Source: Veleropilina oligotropha (taxonomy: Eukaryota). Taken from it: a DNA stretch of 64,000 nt. Below, piece by piece: positions 25,601-39,665 of this stretch (position 1 is its first letter; every line of letters starts with the position of its first letter). The DNA lies in the NCBI GenBank assembly GCA_048128005.1, contig JBEUKZ010000031.1, forward strand, positions 62,001 through 126,000. The letters are read 5' to 3'. The translations under genes were made by a program, and so were the position numbers. Below the pieces are notes generated by a model that had not been told where the DNA came from, made no database searches, and saw nothing but the letters and a program-made list of their open reading frames with translations.

Positions 25601-25884
25601 CGCCCTCATTTGCATAGTTATGTAATGTGTGATCCATATTGAAAATAAGAAATGGGTTTAACCGTTGCATAACAGCTTTTTCATGTGATAAATGAATTTA
25701 TACAACATTTACTTCTAATATACAATAATCTCTTAATAAAAAATGACATCATTTTATGGTGGATGCCTAGCCATATCGGCATCGGAGGCAATGAAAAAGC
25801 TGTACGTGGCTTTACATATTAACGAACCTATAAATTTCAGTATTCCGATTTTAAGTACATAACAATATAAATAAATACATTCAA

Positions 25885-26160
25885 ACTATCAGGAAATTTG
25901 TTGGGATGATCCCACGGGGAATAAACTGCAGAATGGCTAGATAGGATCTTCTTGGTTACAGGCTCCATGCGCCGTGAAGAGATCGCCAGACTGAGAATCG
26001 GGCATTATCACTTCACTCACTCCTACTTGCTTTTTAAAGGGGAGCCACCACCTGAGTGTATTCCTTGTGCTACTAACATAACAGTCAAACGTTTTATTGG
26101 ACGCAATGCAGCAAAACTAGTTTAGGGCATTCTCACGTCAAGAACTATTTAGTAATATTA
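25885..26160 (+). mobile_element. I/Nimb-like LINE ORF2 3' fragment
   Basis: Hand translation gives RREEIARLRIGHYHFTHSYLLFKGEPPPECIPC, the C-terminal cysteine region typical of I-group ORF2. Confidence 0.7.
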
Positions 26161-26879
26161 AAATTGATTTCATATTGTGCGCGAAACTATATTTCTGTCA
26201 TCCACATATTCACATATCCACTTGTATATGTGGTCTTATTATCTAGATAATTATGTATTTATCTACATAATATATCTACTTAGTCACATAATTATGTCGA
26301 TATCTAGATAATCTATCTAGTAAGCGAGATACATATTGTTTTGCGTTAATATAATTATATTTCCTTTAAAAACCGACGCCATGCTCCGATGTACCATCTA
26401 CATATCTACATAGAGACACTCTCAAATCTGAGTGGACGCCATGAATAGTCACGAATTAAACGGAAGGCAATCGCGCAATTATAAAGTATTGTCCATTTTA
26501 GGTGGTCACCATCTCCAGACATGACTTTGACCGTCCGGCCGGCACTCCGTTTCATTATATAAGTATGTGGATATGCCGATGGCAGTTTGGATCACTGCAT
26601 AGATTTTCGATCGACATATCCACTTACGCAAAAAGATAATGTATGTCGCTAACTAGATATATTATCTATATATCTACATAAATATCTAGATACTAATATC
26701 ATATAATTAAGTGGATATGTGGATGGCAGATATATGCCACGATACGTAACATTTACAGCACACACAAAGAGATTCTTTCAATAGTATGATAGATAATGAA
26801 ATTATCACGTTGGCTGAGTGGATAAGAAAATAGATTCTGAATTCACTCGCTTGACTGCTATGTGTAGAGTGATTAGTCC

Positions 26880-27046
26880 TCGACGGACACACTTTGTTCA
26901 AGTAACATTCACAGTTGTCCATGACTAGCCGGTGCAAACGGGTTTTCCAGACTGACCGGGATTTCCTCTCGCGATAATATGGACATGTTCTGGAAAGAGC
27001 TTGAGGGTTGTTGAAAACAGAATACCATGCATCGATCCAATCCAAA
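26880..27046 (+). mobile_element. SINE copy (body plus ATCCA-type tail)
   Basis: Core TTTGTTCAAGT..CACAGTTGTCC.TGACT.GCCG...ACCGGGATTTCCTC.CGCGATAA is shared with 27303-27470 (-) and 56205-56403 (+). Confidence 0.65.
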
Positions 27047-27302
27047 TTTATATCCATTTACATGGTAGATATGAGCTGAATGTATATCAGAAATATGAGA
27101 AACGTCAATCGCAGGTCATCACGGCGTTTTTAACAAAATATTTGTTTGAAACAGTATTTATTGTTCATAGAACAATATGAACGTCTCGCTAACCAGATAT
27201 ACAAATACGGATATCGTGGCGTATACTAAGAGAGAAGTGGCGGGAGGAATGATGCTTAATGTCCTGTATATTTACAACATCGAGGTTCAAGGCAGGACAT
27301 GA

Positions 27303-27470
27303 CCGTGTTATCGCGGGAGGAAATCCCGGTCGCCCGGGTAAACCCGCCCTCTTCGGCCAGTCACGGACAACTGTGATTCATAACTTGAACAAATGTCAAT
27401 GCCTCTGCCAGGTATTGAACCCACTACTGTTCGCATTAGCGGAATCAAGCCAGTGAATTTAGAGTGGACA
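27303..27470 (-). mobile_element. tRNA-derived SINE copy (head plus body)
   Basis: B-box-like GGTTCAATACC on the minus strand (27411-27421), followed by the same core as the 26880 copy. Confidence 0.65.
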
Positions 27471-28599
27471 TAATAAGCATAACCATATGCAGTCATAAAT
27501 AAATGCGTTAACCATGATTTGGCTTGGCTTGGTTCGCTACTTAATACCCCGTTTAACGATCTTCGGGTTCATAGCACCCAGCCAAGGATTCGACCCAGCT
27601 CATGTTTGATTGAGTAGTCATGTGAGTTAAATGATAACATAAATAGAACAATGACTATGGATCATGTCTAAATTTCTGAATTAATGACATAATCATTACT
27701 GTCGATGAAAAAATTTCATCTTACTAATTGTAAATTTTATGTAATGCCAGATGGATAAGTAAGTGGTTACTATTCTAGGCTTGTCTTAATTGTCGCTGGT
27801 GTGAGCAACGGCAAACACGAACGACAAGAGTTATGAACAGAGAGTCAACAAGATCGAGTACATTATGTCTGGTTCTCTTGGTGCTCCATATGTCGCATAC
27901 AGCACATCAAATTGTTGATTATCATGCAGCGCTGATAGGTTTTCGATAATTATGTCACACGACATCAATAATTGTCAATGCAAATGATTGCTACAAGATG
28001 ATCAGCAAGTAACGGGAGGGTTTATGATTATGCCTTCGCAGACAGTTAAACAAGAGCCTGCTGTAATTATCACAATCAGTAGATTTTTAAAAAATATTTA
28101 CCCCAAATACTTAGATGTTTCTTCTTCTTAGCTAGTTTTGGTTTGGTTTCGAGCGATGATCTCCAATGTTAACACCATCCATGGGCATACCAGGACATGT
28201 CCATATTTTCTCGGAACGAAAGTGTCCAACCGAGGAATTACTACTAATTTCAACAACATGTCATTTTTCCTCATTAACTTTTTTAAAAGCTTGTAACTGT
28301 AACACCTATTATTATTAAATTTTGGAAATTAATAGCAACATTTTTACCTATAAATATTTTACCTATAAATATTGCTATGTATCATTTTCAATATGAATGT
28401 TATGATGCCAAGTGTGTTATCGTAAGGTATTAACTTCTAATATACTGGTCATGATTGCTACGGTTTATCATTCTCAGCAATAATGTCATTCTGTACCTTG
28501 CTGAATATATGCTAATGATTGCGTGTAGAATGGTTGTTGTGACGTCTTTGACGTGGTAGCATAGTGCGTTGGCCTTGCCAATCTAGCTTACATCCCAAC

Positions 28600-31500
28600 A
28601 TAGACGAGCTGAAGAGTGATCAGATGAGCAGCGTACGTCAGGCTCTCTCTGTCATCATTTGACGTATAAAGACCACGAAGAGATGTATCCTCTTTCTGGC
28701 CCACATGAACCTGATCATCAGCTATGAAATAATAGCCGAAGTTCCTTAATTCCGGATTGTTTGGGAAAATTTCGGTTGGTGGGCAACTTTGTTTTACGAC
28801 CACTTTTGGCAATTTTTCAGCCTTAACGTAGTTGTCACACCCGGTCTCACTCCAACCTGACCGACATACATTGCTGTTACTGACCAAGTCATGAAAATCC
28901 AATATGGCCGCCAAGAAATGCTTGAATGGCGTGACACTGCACTTCGTATTACTGGACTAAATTTGGATAATATTTCAATACCTGGATCTAGAAGAGCTTC
29001 ACGGTGGAAAAGGCCACGGGGTAAGCGAGGACAATTATCTAAATTTCAACGCCCTATATATATGCTCAATAGTCGGTATTTTTCCTCGAAATAAACAGTC
29101 TAAATTATCACGTATACCTACAGTTACTACAGTTTCCTGCAAGCCTTTACATAATACAAAACAGTGCTTAAATTTTCCTATATGGAATGCTCGCTCGATG
29201 AACGGAAAGATCGGAGCACTAACGGCCTCCATTCTAACGAACAAAACTGATGTTTACATGTTGACCGAGTCATGGATCACTGAAAAGAATGGGGCCCTCG
29301 TTGATGCGGACTTTTCTTCCTCGATATCTGGGTACACCGCTCTACATGTGCCGCGCTATAGACGGAGAGGTGGCGGCATTGCCCTCGTGATCATAACTAA
29401 TCTGAAGGTTAAACGGAACACTTGTGATAAATTCAAATCGTTTGAAATAATGGATGTAAATATTCACGTTGGTAGCACCATGATACACGCCGTAACCATC
29501 TACAGGCCTCCATACTCTAAACAACATAAAGTTACAGTACAAAATTTTCTATCGGAATTCGGTAGACTGTTAGAAAGTATCATTCTTTCTATTGGTTATG
29601 TATAGGTTAGATGGCGGATTGGAGAGTCTTAGCAAAATAGGAGTCGAGCCCGTAGGGCGAGACTACTTTTTGATAAGAGTCTACAAGCTGCCGTCTAACC
29701 GACTTAGAAGCTAATTTCATTTCTCCACAACAAATTATTTATAATTATCTAATTTGTTAAACTATGTATGTTATCGAAACACATATTTATTACAAAATAA
29801 TTAGCTTTTTTACCAATATATCAAGAAGATCCATATTAACATTACAACCTGTCACCCCTATTCTTAATAATGGGTAAGGCATCGCAAACAATAGACCTGC
29901 AAAGTGCCGTCTTCAGCAATAATTGACGAGAAATACTGCTCTCTCATTGGCCGAGAAATGAAATTGGCTTCTAACTAATGATAGTTGGTGACTTTAATAT
30001 ACACGTCGATGACACAACATGTACAGAGGCTCAACAATTCATTGATCTGATCACATCGCTAGGTCTCGTTCAACACGTCGCAGGTAGTACACACAAAAGT
30101 GGCCATACATTGGCCTTTTTATTGACCCGTGCTGCTGAACCCTGGCTCGGTAATTTCATGATCGATTGCAACATGCTTTCTGATCACTCAGCCATTCACT
30201 GTACTTCCATGATTAATCGTCCGCGACCACTTAAGGTTACAAAAGGTCATCGCGTGCTGAAGGACATCAATTCCAGTGCTTTGAAAGCCTCTATCAATAC
30301 TAGTTCGCTCAATCAAATGGAACCCGTTAGTGATGTTAATCAGCTTGCGGATGTCTACAATTCTGAACTGAGAAGTGTGATGAACACACATGCACCATTA
30401 CGTGAGAAAACCGTTATCGATAAACCACGAGCTGAATGGTTCTCTGCTGATCTTCTGTCTGAGCGTAGAATCCTACGAAAACTTGAACGACAATGGATGA
30501 TTTCACAATTGCAGGTTCATCGACAAATGTTCACGACTGCTCGGACTGTTTACAATGGAAAACTTGAAGCGAAAAAAGCGTCTTTTCATCGCGACAGAAT
30601 CGAGGCAGCTGATACCAAGGAACTTTTCAAAATAGTGGATAGTATTTCTGGTTCCAAGAAGTCTTCAGCAATTATAATTCCGAACAATGTAAAAATATCA
30701 GAATTACCCAATATTTTTGCGAACTTCTTTAGTGATAAAATTGTTAAAATTCGAGCCAAATGTGTGAATAGTGTTCCCTATGTTGAAGACACAGTTTCAC
30801 CTCAGTGTGAGCTCATGGGTTTTGAACAAATGACATTGGATGAGGTCACATCTATTGTACGCAAAATGCCGTCAAAATCGTGTGAATTGGATCCTATGCC
30901 TACTGAATTTGTGAAGGACTGTATTGACGAGTTGGCACCTGTATTATTACGAATCGTTAATACATCGTTTGAATCGGGGATTTTTCCAGCAAATTGTAAA
31001 GCTGCCATCGTCCGCCCCCTCATTAAGAAATTGGGGCTGGATCCAAACACATTGAACAATTATCGTCCAGTTTCCAATTGTTGTTTTTGGACAAGTTCCT
31101 TGAAAAGTGTGGATTCCTACGTTTACATTCTTATTTGTCATATAACAGCTTGTATGGTAAATTTCAGTCTGCTTATCGACAGGGACATAGCACCGAGACT
31201 GCACTCTTACGAGTGATGAATGATGTTATGCTTGCTCTTGATAAGCAGCATGATGTAATACTAGTTTTACTTGACCTTTCTGCGGCTTTTGATACCATTG
31301 ACCATGACCTTCTCATGGACAGATTACGCTCTAGATTTGGCATCTGTGGCCTTCCTTATAACTGGATTAATTCATTCCTTCGAGGTAGGACCCAAAGAGT
31401 GTCAGTGCGGTCGATGGTGTCGGAGGACCACGTCCTTGAATTTGGAGTTCCCCAGGGATCGGTCCATGGACCGGTCCTGTTTGCATTGTATATGACTCCC

Positions 31501-32542
31501 GTTGAGGACATCATCACCCGCCATGGTCTAAATGCTGTCATCTATGCAGATGACTCCCAGCTGTACATCGCCTGCGATTCTCGAACAGATTCTGCCATGG
31601 TCGGTCGTATTGAGGTCTGTGTTGATGAGATCCGTGACTGGATGCGAGCAAATTTGCTCGCATTAAATGAGAGTAAGACTGAAATAGTCTGGTTCTCATC
31701 ACGCAGCAAGGACGCACGACTACGGGTAGTCGAGGGCGGTGTGCGGATTGGTGAGGGGGTTGTATCTCCGTCGGCATCCGTCCGTGATCTGGGGGTGGTG
31801 ATGGACTCAGCGGGACTCATGGACGATCAGATTAAGAGTGTGTGTAGTGGGGCGTCTCATTCACTATGGCGTATTGGTAAAATCCGGCATCTTTTGGATC
31901 AAGCCAGTACTGAAAAATTAGTACATGGCTTTGTCACATCGAAACTTGATTATTGTAATAGGTCTTCCAAACTACAAAATCAAAAAAATACAGCATATTC
32001 AGAATTCCGCTGCTAGGCTGGTCACCAGATGGAAGCTAGATCGTCATGCGGATATGTCGCCTATTTTAAAAGAGATACATTGGCTTCCAGTCGAGCAACG
32101 AATTCTTTTCAAAATTATTTGCATTATTTTTAAAGTTATACGCCATGGTGAGTCAGCGCCTTACTACCTCACTGACTTGATTAATGTTCATAAGCCAGTA
32201 TACCGCACTAGGAGTAGCACTGAGGTGAAGCTGTTGCCCTTCTCCCTCAAAGTCCATGGAAAGAAAACGGCAGTACAGTACGGCGACCGTGCCCTAAGTG
32301 TGGCGGCGCCCAAACTCTGGAATAGTCTACCAATATATCTAAGATCTTTTACTAAACTTTCTCCTTTTAAATCTAATCTTAAAACTTTTATTTTTAGACA
32401 ACATTTTGGCATCTAAAACTATATTTATGTTTGTATATAATCCATTGCTATTTAATAATGCTTGTTTATGTAGTTGATGTACAGACTGTTGAGACATTGT
32501 GTGTAATGGTCTTTAAACAATAAATATTATTATTATTATTAT
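28600..32542 (+). mobile_element. L2-clade LINE, near full length, inactivated by frameshifts and an insertion
   Basis: N-terminus MKIQYGRQEMLEWR...RGKRG (28891). Endonuclease motifs WNARS, LTESW, YRPP, VGDFN, SDH. RT motifs NYRPVSN, DLSAAFDT, GVPQGS, YADD. C-terminus SKLDYCN, HWLPV, APKLWNSLP (to 32416). (TAT)n tail at 32525-32542. Frameshifts near 29090, 31085 and 31960. The 5' boundary is approximate. Confidence 0.9.
29600..29974. mobile_element. 375-bp hairpin-bearing insertion in the L2 endonuclease domain (Crypton-like non-autonomous element)
   Basis: Removing it restores SIGY-LMIVGDFN in frame. It has a ~96-bp terminal hairpin GGTTAGATGGCGG...CTGCCGTCTAACC, and the adjacent TTAGAAGCTAATTTCATTTCTC is inverted at the far end. 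No clear TSD. Confidence 0.65.
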
Positions 32543-33754
32543 ATGCCATCTATTATTTTAAGGGGTAAAATAAGCCGTCGACTGGCCTCGAACCCCTTGT
32601 ATCGGTTAAGTGTCTAACGCACTATCCACTCACCCGCCTAAGCAGTTATGGACAATCTTTGGAAATGGCTAAATTCTAAAAGAACACCTAGAGTGAAGCT
32701 CTAGCGCCGACATCCTTCGAGTAGTTCTAACAGTCAAATTGATCGGTACTTGCACCCATTGAAGCATACATATTTTCAGTAAGACATGCATGGATGAAAT
32801 TCGACAACTGGACACCATATTCGTCGACCAGGCTTGTGCCGATAAGGGATCAATCCGGTTTACCGTTGAGAATGCTTTCCACCTTATTGGTGAAACTCGA
32901 TCATCTCGTCTTTGCAGGTTATGGACTACCGCTACTCTGGCCTCCTAGACGAGCGCACCGTCTCCGCAATGTCATCGGACGAATAGATTGAAACCACGGA
33001 GAAGTAAATTTAGGAAATCTGAAATAATTTACCATCGACACTCGATCGGTTAGACTCCACCCAAAGCTATTTATAGGCAGTAAGGTTTGTGTTATCAGTC
33101 CTGTAGGGACTCCAAATAAGCCTTCCAGATGGCGAGATACAGTACTTAAGTACACCAAGAAAATTGATCGATCCACCTCGATGACGAAGTGAAACAACGT
33201 TTCTCTCGATCAACTGTGCTGCCTCGCAAGGTTTCAGACTGGTTGAAGACAATTCTGAGCAAAGAGTCACGTAGAGTGGTCTATAACTAAACGGATGTCA
33301 CGCACCAAGAAATATATAATGTCGAAAGAAACCAGATTGACGCAGAGAGAAAGAACCGACGTCAAAAGCACGCTAAAGATACAACCGTACAACGGTACAA
33401 TACGGGCTGGTACTCATATAAGATAGACAATGGCCGCTCCCCTTGTTGTGTTGATTTAAACACATAATAACTTATTCTTACAATTTAACACATAATTATA
33501 CTGAGAACAATATTTAAGGGAATCCCCGTCTTTTCAGAAATAATATCAAACTGACCAGCTGTATTACATTGAGGACATGTATCGAACGCAGACAGACCAG
33601 TCGCTCAAACGCAGCACACTGCACGTGCAGATCATGCTGGTCACCATGTAAAATCTTGGTTAATTGCACTTGCAGTGAAACGCCACAAACACATTGTTCA
33701 TTCTTCGAGTAAAACGAAGCAAAATGCCTACAAAAGTGTATATTATAAATTGCG

Positions 33755-34320
33755 CACAAATAGTAATGTTAGAAGCTTGACAATCGAAGAATGCAATTAC
33801 CAGACACTTGGGTAAATCTCAAAGTGTGATTTCTCGACTTGCGGCAGCTTTAGCAAATGGGTGACGTTAAGATTAGGACGGGGCGAAGAGGCATAGAAAG
33901 ACTATCCTGACTGGCACTGTCGGTATTTGAGGACCATCGAATTGAGAAACTGGTTCATTTCTACTCTCGACTTTAGGGATGCCACAGGAATCCGACTGTG
34001 CAAGTCAACGATTCGGAACAGACTAACGAAGGCGGGTCTGAAATCGAGGCGTCGGTTCAGAGGACGAGTCCGACTGTGCACACATGCATCTCCGAAAACA
34101 GTGGGCTTTCGGTTTCGGGGTCGTCAACACCACCATTGGCATTACGTCATGTTTTCCGATGAATCGATGTTTTGTTTACGGTTCACGGATGGGAGAAAGC
34201 GTGTTTGGACACCGCGTGGGGAGCGGTACCATCCGGTACCCGATCAGGAGCATTTATTTATCGGTATGGCAGTGGCACCATCATGGTCTGGGTTGGCATC
34301 ACATACGACGACAGGGGTGC
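33755..34320 (+). pseudogene. Tc1-family transposase remnant
   Basis: HTH-like KNAITRHLGKSQSVISRL, then STIRNRLTKAGLKSRR, WHYVMFSDESMF, RKRVW..RGERY and GSGTIMVWVGI across frameshifts. Confidence 0.8.
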
Positions 34321-34624
34321 AATGTAAAATGTCAAGCGATTTGTCTTACAACGACCCGCTGAAGTTCAGCTGATTGCAATAGATTGTTAGCCCTCTAGGA
34401 GATAATTATTTTGCGCTTGAAAGATGGCTAACTCCATCGGTCCCTGAAGCGAGTACTATAAACATGAAAATTTTGATTGAAGCAACTGTTGACAGCGAGA
34501 AACATCGTCATATGGCCATATATCTAGTATATGTAAGTCAGCTTTCCTGGAACTTCGTCGCCGGAGTTCTATTCAGCACTTTCTATCAACTGAAGCAACA
34601 AAAACATTTGTATGTGAATTTGTT

Positions 34625-35263
34625 CTCTCTAAACTGGACTATTGCAATTCTCTCTTGGCTAATTGTCCAAAGTACATAATTGAAAAACTTCAAAACTCTG
34701 CCGCTAGACTAATTCTAAAAGCTCGGAAGCACGATAATGTCATGCCCCTGCTCCACTCTCTTCACTGGCTTCCAGTTCAGGCAAGAATAGATTTTAAATT
34801 ATCAACTCTGTGCCATGCTTACTTCGATCAATCACTACCTCAATATCTGTCAGATCTACTCTCGGTGTATTCCGCATGAAGGTCTCTCCGTTCTTCTTTA
34901 GACACTCGTATTCTTTGCATTCCTGGCATGAAAACGAAGTCTCTCGGAGAAAGTTGTTTTTCATTTGCTGCTCCAAGCCAATGGAACTCACTTCCTGTTG
35001 TTATTCGTTACATCGAAGACAAAGCAACTTTCAACAGATATCTCAAAACACACTTGTTCCGGAAACATTTCCCATAAACTGAAAATCTCGCATCTATCAA
35101 CTTTTTCCTTAATTGTGTCACGTCGGCTATAAAATATGTATGTCTTGTAAATGTATATTGTTTATCATTGTCTGTTTAAGTGTTCTGATTCAATCATTGT
35201 AAAGCGCAAAGTGCTAGAATCCTTTCCTGATCTTGCGCTATATAAATCTCTCATTATTATTAT
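34625..35263 (+). mobile_element. L2 LINE 3' fragment
   Basis: SKLDYCNSLL...NSAARLI...LHSLHWLPVQARIDFK; L2-type 3' end TGTAAAGCGC...GCGCTATATAAAT plus (TAT)n. Confidence 0.85.
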
Positions 35264-36789
35264 ATATTGATTTTAGTAAATAAAAATTAAAACAATTATT
35301 AATAAATTATTTTCATAAAATATACACTATTTTATTACCATTCTGCTCCTGATATAATTTTATCTCGTCCTATATAACTAGTACGGGGTATCGTAGCTTA
35401 TCCTGTGTGTATAATTGTCAAAGTTCCTTGTTACAAAAAATATTTCATTCATGAAATCGGAATGTTAACTCATCACTATTTCAGCGCTAATTAAGCGATT
35501 TTCAGTTTACAACGCACCCCAGGACTGATGTGACCATGTGCAAGGTAACATGGTCATAGGTATTTCTGATGTTCACTCTAGTGTTCCTTGGCACCAGGAC
35601 GAGGGTTTGCAATCTACTCTAATTGCCCTTTTTTTATAGTTTATAAATATACATCAATAGTGCTTTTAAAATGCAACTAATTCCAAAATGTAAATAAATA
35701 TTTATTCAATATATCACACAATTTTACCAGACTAACATTAGTATATACAAAAACATATGCATAACACAAGAGAGTCATCAAAGCTGTTTGCTGATTTACT
35801 ATACATACGAAGAGACAAATGTATCAGATGACCGGTACCGTACTGCCTCAGCATGTAAATAACGAAAATATAACCACAAGGTGTCGTCAATGAAAAACAA
35901 ACAACGTTCATATAACAGCCACAACTTCGTCTTTGCTGAGAGTGGCACAACAATTATCTACATCAACATATACAAATCTGCATTAAAAAAATATAGGTTT
36001 CCTCTAGGCAAGATGTCCATCAATGCCATCCTTCCTATAAAAGGCATTTTGTTCTTCGCTGACAACACAAAAACAAAATTGCTACAAGACCAAATGTAAC
36101 ATTATAAAGTATCCAACAAACCTTTACCCCAGTTTCAAGTTTACTGTAGGAAATTGTGTATTTGCAAAGCATAGACTTTGTTACCAAGTTCAAACAATCG
36201 CTTATTAATTAACACAATTCCAGTTTTAATTTATATACATTCAATGGGTATATTTTACAACAAAGATGCATTTCACACAAAAAAATCATGTCAGCTTGAC
36301 ATATTAAATAGTGTGGATGGTGCACTATAAATTTAGCACTTTACAATAACTGAATAAATTGACGTCCTCTGGCATACATATTAACAACACTCCATATTTA
36401 TCCACTATGGTGCACATCAACCACATACACTCAACCAAAAAAGAATCGCATGCCGCACTTTTATATAATTCCAATACCAGGTTGAAAATTAATACAAGAA
36501 AATATTTCTCAGACACTAACTTTCTTTTCTTCATTAACGAATGAAATGAAAGGTAATTCACTAATTAAGAAAAGAACGTTAGTGTCTTGGAAATATTTTA
36601 TTGCATTAAATTTTGCAAATTGATAACCTAGTATTGAAATTAAATAAAAGTGAGGGGGGTGCATTTATTTTTTGGTTTAGTACACATTTTGAAGAGAGCA
36701 GGAACTAACATAAACTACTACTAACAATGACATGATAATAAATAGCATATACTCATAACAATTCTTTCAAATTTATTTGTACTCATCTC

Positions 36790-37687
36790 AACTAGACGCT
36801 CGGTCACAAGAGACCGCATAAGTATCCCCGGTAATGACCTGCCTAGAGCGATCACAAGGAATTATGCTTTAAAATCCAAGATGGAGGCCACAGCAGCCAT
36901 CTTGGAGGTCGGATCAAACACAAAATATATAGGTGTCGTGTCTCCACCCAACCCAATGCACATACCAAATTTGAAAACATTCCATTAAGAATTGACCAGT
37001 CAAGAGCGATCATGAGGAATCTCTCGACGGTGGCCATCTTGGAGGTCGGATCACACCCAAAATATAAAAGTGTAGTGTCCTCACCCAAACCAATGCACAT
37101 ACCAAATTTGAAAACATTCCGTTAAGAAATGACCTGTCTAGAGCGATCACAAGCAATTATTTGGCCGTGGTGGCCATCTTGGAGGTCGGACCACACCCAA
37201 AATCTATAGGTGTTGTGTCCTCGCCACAACCAATGCACATACCAAATTTGAAAACATTGCGTTAAGAAATGGCCTGTCTAGAGCGATCACAAGGAATTAT
37301 GCTTAAAATTCAAGATGGAGGCCACAGCGGCCATCTTGGAGGTCGGACCACACCCAAATTCAATAGGCGTCGTGTCCACGCACCAACCAATGCAGATACC
37401 AAATTTGAAAACATTCTGTTAAGAAATGTCCTGTCTAGAGCGATCACAAGGAACTATGCTTAAAATTCAAGATGGAGGCCACAGCGGCCATCTTGGAACT
37501 CGGACCACACCCAAATTCTATAGGTGTCGTGTCCTCGCCCCAACCAATGCACATACCAATTTGAAAACATTCCGTTAAGAAATGGCCTGTCTAGAGCGAT
37601 CACGAGGAATCTCTCAGCGGACGCGGTGGCGTAACGGGCGCTAAACCATAGTATCCCCGTTACTTTTGTTTTGGGGGGATACAATAA
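36790..37687 (-). mobile_element. HINE-type non-autonomous Helentron with internal ~140-157-bp tandem repeats
   Basis: Minus strand reads TT, subTIR GTATCCCC, a nearby inverted copy GGGGATAC, about 5 tandem units containing GGCCATCTTGGAGGTCGG, 3' subTIR GGGGATAC, hairpin CGGTCTCTTGTGACCG, then CTAGTT. Confidence 0.8.
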
Positions 37688-37880
37688 GCTTCAAACATCA
37701 TCAGAGTGTTCATATCTACAATATATAACATTGAACATACAAACAAGTATTTCCATTAAAACTGTGACCAGCAACAGTAAAATCGCATAACGTCTATCAA
37801 CAGCAGGCCAGCTTTACAGCTATCTAAAAGTCCACTCTCATTTTGAACGATTCGACATTGACAATGCTAACAAGTATATG

Positions 37881-39198
37881 TTAAAGAGACTATTGTCTGT
37901 AAATGCGCTCTTTTGTCTTTGAAAAGAAAATTAACCGCATTACACTTTTTGTTTATAGCATAAAAAGTTTGGAATTTTCAGCACTCAACATTCGTTATTA
38001 ATTTGCTACCATTTAAATTAATCGCTACTGAAGACGTAACATTAACTAGATATATCAAGAGTGACACAAATGCCCCCGCTGAAACAACTGCTCAGGAATG
38101 AAAGAAATTCTAAGTGAACAGCCATAACTCTCTTAACATTGCATTTATGCATTTAACAATGTATACACCTAGATTCCAAATAAAATTTCATTCCATGAAT
38201 GTATTCCGAAGTTATCATCCAGAATTGAAAACAAAATTTAATTAATTAAAAGCTGTCTCTTTAATGAAGTTGGGAATTTATAGAAATCAAACTCCACTTA
38301 GATATTCTGATATACATGTGTACATCAAATTAATTTAATTTGAATCCATGAATGCCTGAATATAGCGCAGAATCTAAAGGATTCGAGGGACAAACACGTG
38401 TAACAATAAATGCACTCCATACTTCATTTTGCAGGGGCCGAGCATAAAATTTCTTTCCAATGATATTACACATGTATAACAAATTTAATTTAAATCCATG
38501 AATGCATTCTCAAGTTATCTCCTGGAAATGGAAAAAAAATTTGCAAATGGATCAAGGGACATAACTCCGTTATGTGAAATCAGAATTTTACCGAAATCGA
38601 ACTGCAATTAGCTATTATGATCATACACGTGAATACCAAATTTAATTTAAATCCATTAAGGCATTCTGAAGTTACCGCCCAGAAATGAAAAAATATTTTC
38701 AAGTCAATCAAGGGGCATAACTCTATTATGCGTCATCTGAATTTTGTCGAAATCGAACTCCACCTAGCTTATCCACGTCCATACCAAATTTAATTGAAAT
38801 CCATGAAGGCGTTCTCAAGTTATTACCTGGAAACGAAGCTTGGATGGACGGACAGACGTGTGAAACACAATATGCCCCCAAACTTCGTTTTAATAGGGGG
38901 AATAATTAAAAGCGGTCCACTTTTAATTACCTCACACGGAGTGACATTTCCAATTGAACTAATTGGAGCAAAGTTGCGTAGGTTTCTGCTCGTCAAGTAA
39001 GATAGCTTTCTATTTGACAATAATATATATTGCTCAGTTACAATTTTAATAATTTCTATAAAAATCTATCATTTGATCATATATCAAGCATATCTTCGTG
39101 AAATTGGTGTCAGTCTGTGCGAACCGTGCGATAGAGGTTGATCAGTCATGCTTACACAGTCACGAAAAGAGCGCATTTATGGGCAACAGTTTCTTTAA
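37881..39198. mobile_element. TTAA-flanked MITE (Kolobok-like), copy 2, interrupted by a HINE
   Basis: TTAAAGAGACTATTGTCTGTAAATGCGCTC...GAGCGCATTTATGGGCAACAGTTTCTTTAA; collinear with copy 1 on both sides of the 38044-38905 insert. Confidence 0.75.
38044..38905 (-). mobile_element. HINE-type element with diverged internal repeats
   Basis: AACTAG end; ATGCCCCC at ~38070 and ~38872 with an inverted GGGGGAAT near the other end; GGACGGACAGAC microsatellite; absent from MITE copy 1. Confidence 0.65.
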
Positions 39199-39516
39199 TA
39201 AATTGCATCAATCACCTTTAAATGCTCATTAATTTTGGAAGGGCCATAGCAGATATGCAATACAGTAACCCTTCATGTTTTATAATTCTCTGACAAAAAT
39301 ATTGTATCTGTTAAAAATATTAATCTAAACGAATTTGAAAAACAAAACAACGATGTTATTAATTATTATCTGATTGGACAACACAAGTTTCCAATATTAA
39401 CATTATTACAATTGACAGAAACAATATCACAGAGGCCATAGATAATGCAAAAAGAGATGATTGACAGTAATTTGGCCACGAAAATAAAATATTAATCAAC
39501 AAAACATATTAGTAGA

Positions 39517-39665
39517 CTAGCTTTCCTTTCCAGTTGATAAGAGCGTTAGTGCCTTGGTAAGGTTTTCAATGGCAGTCTCAGCGTCTTCATACTGAATAGC
39601 GCTGCTGGCGAATTTACATAATTTCAATGCCTTTTGATATTCCGTGGTGGTCAACACAACTCCCC
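39517..39665 (-). CDS. VTA1: VTA1 coding exon 7 (VSL domain and stop)
   Basis: Acceptor TTGTAG; GVVLTTTEYQKALKLCKFASSAIQYEDAETAIENLTKALTLLSTGKES*, matching the Vta1 C-terminal KxCKxAxSAxQYED motif; 149 nt. Confidence 0.95.

Noticed and set aside
32660..33440. GC-richer stretch with short ORFs, possibly a LINE ORF1 remnant
   Set aside because: No motif I can identify with confidence, and multiple stops.
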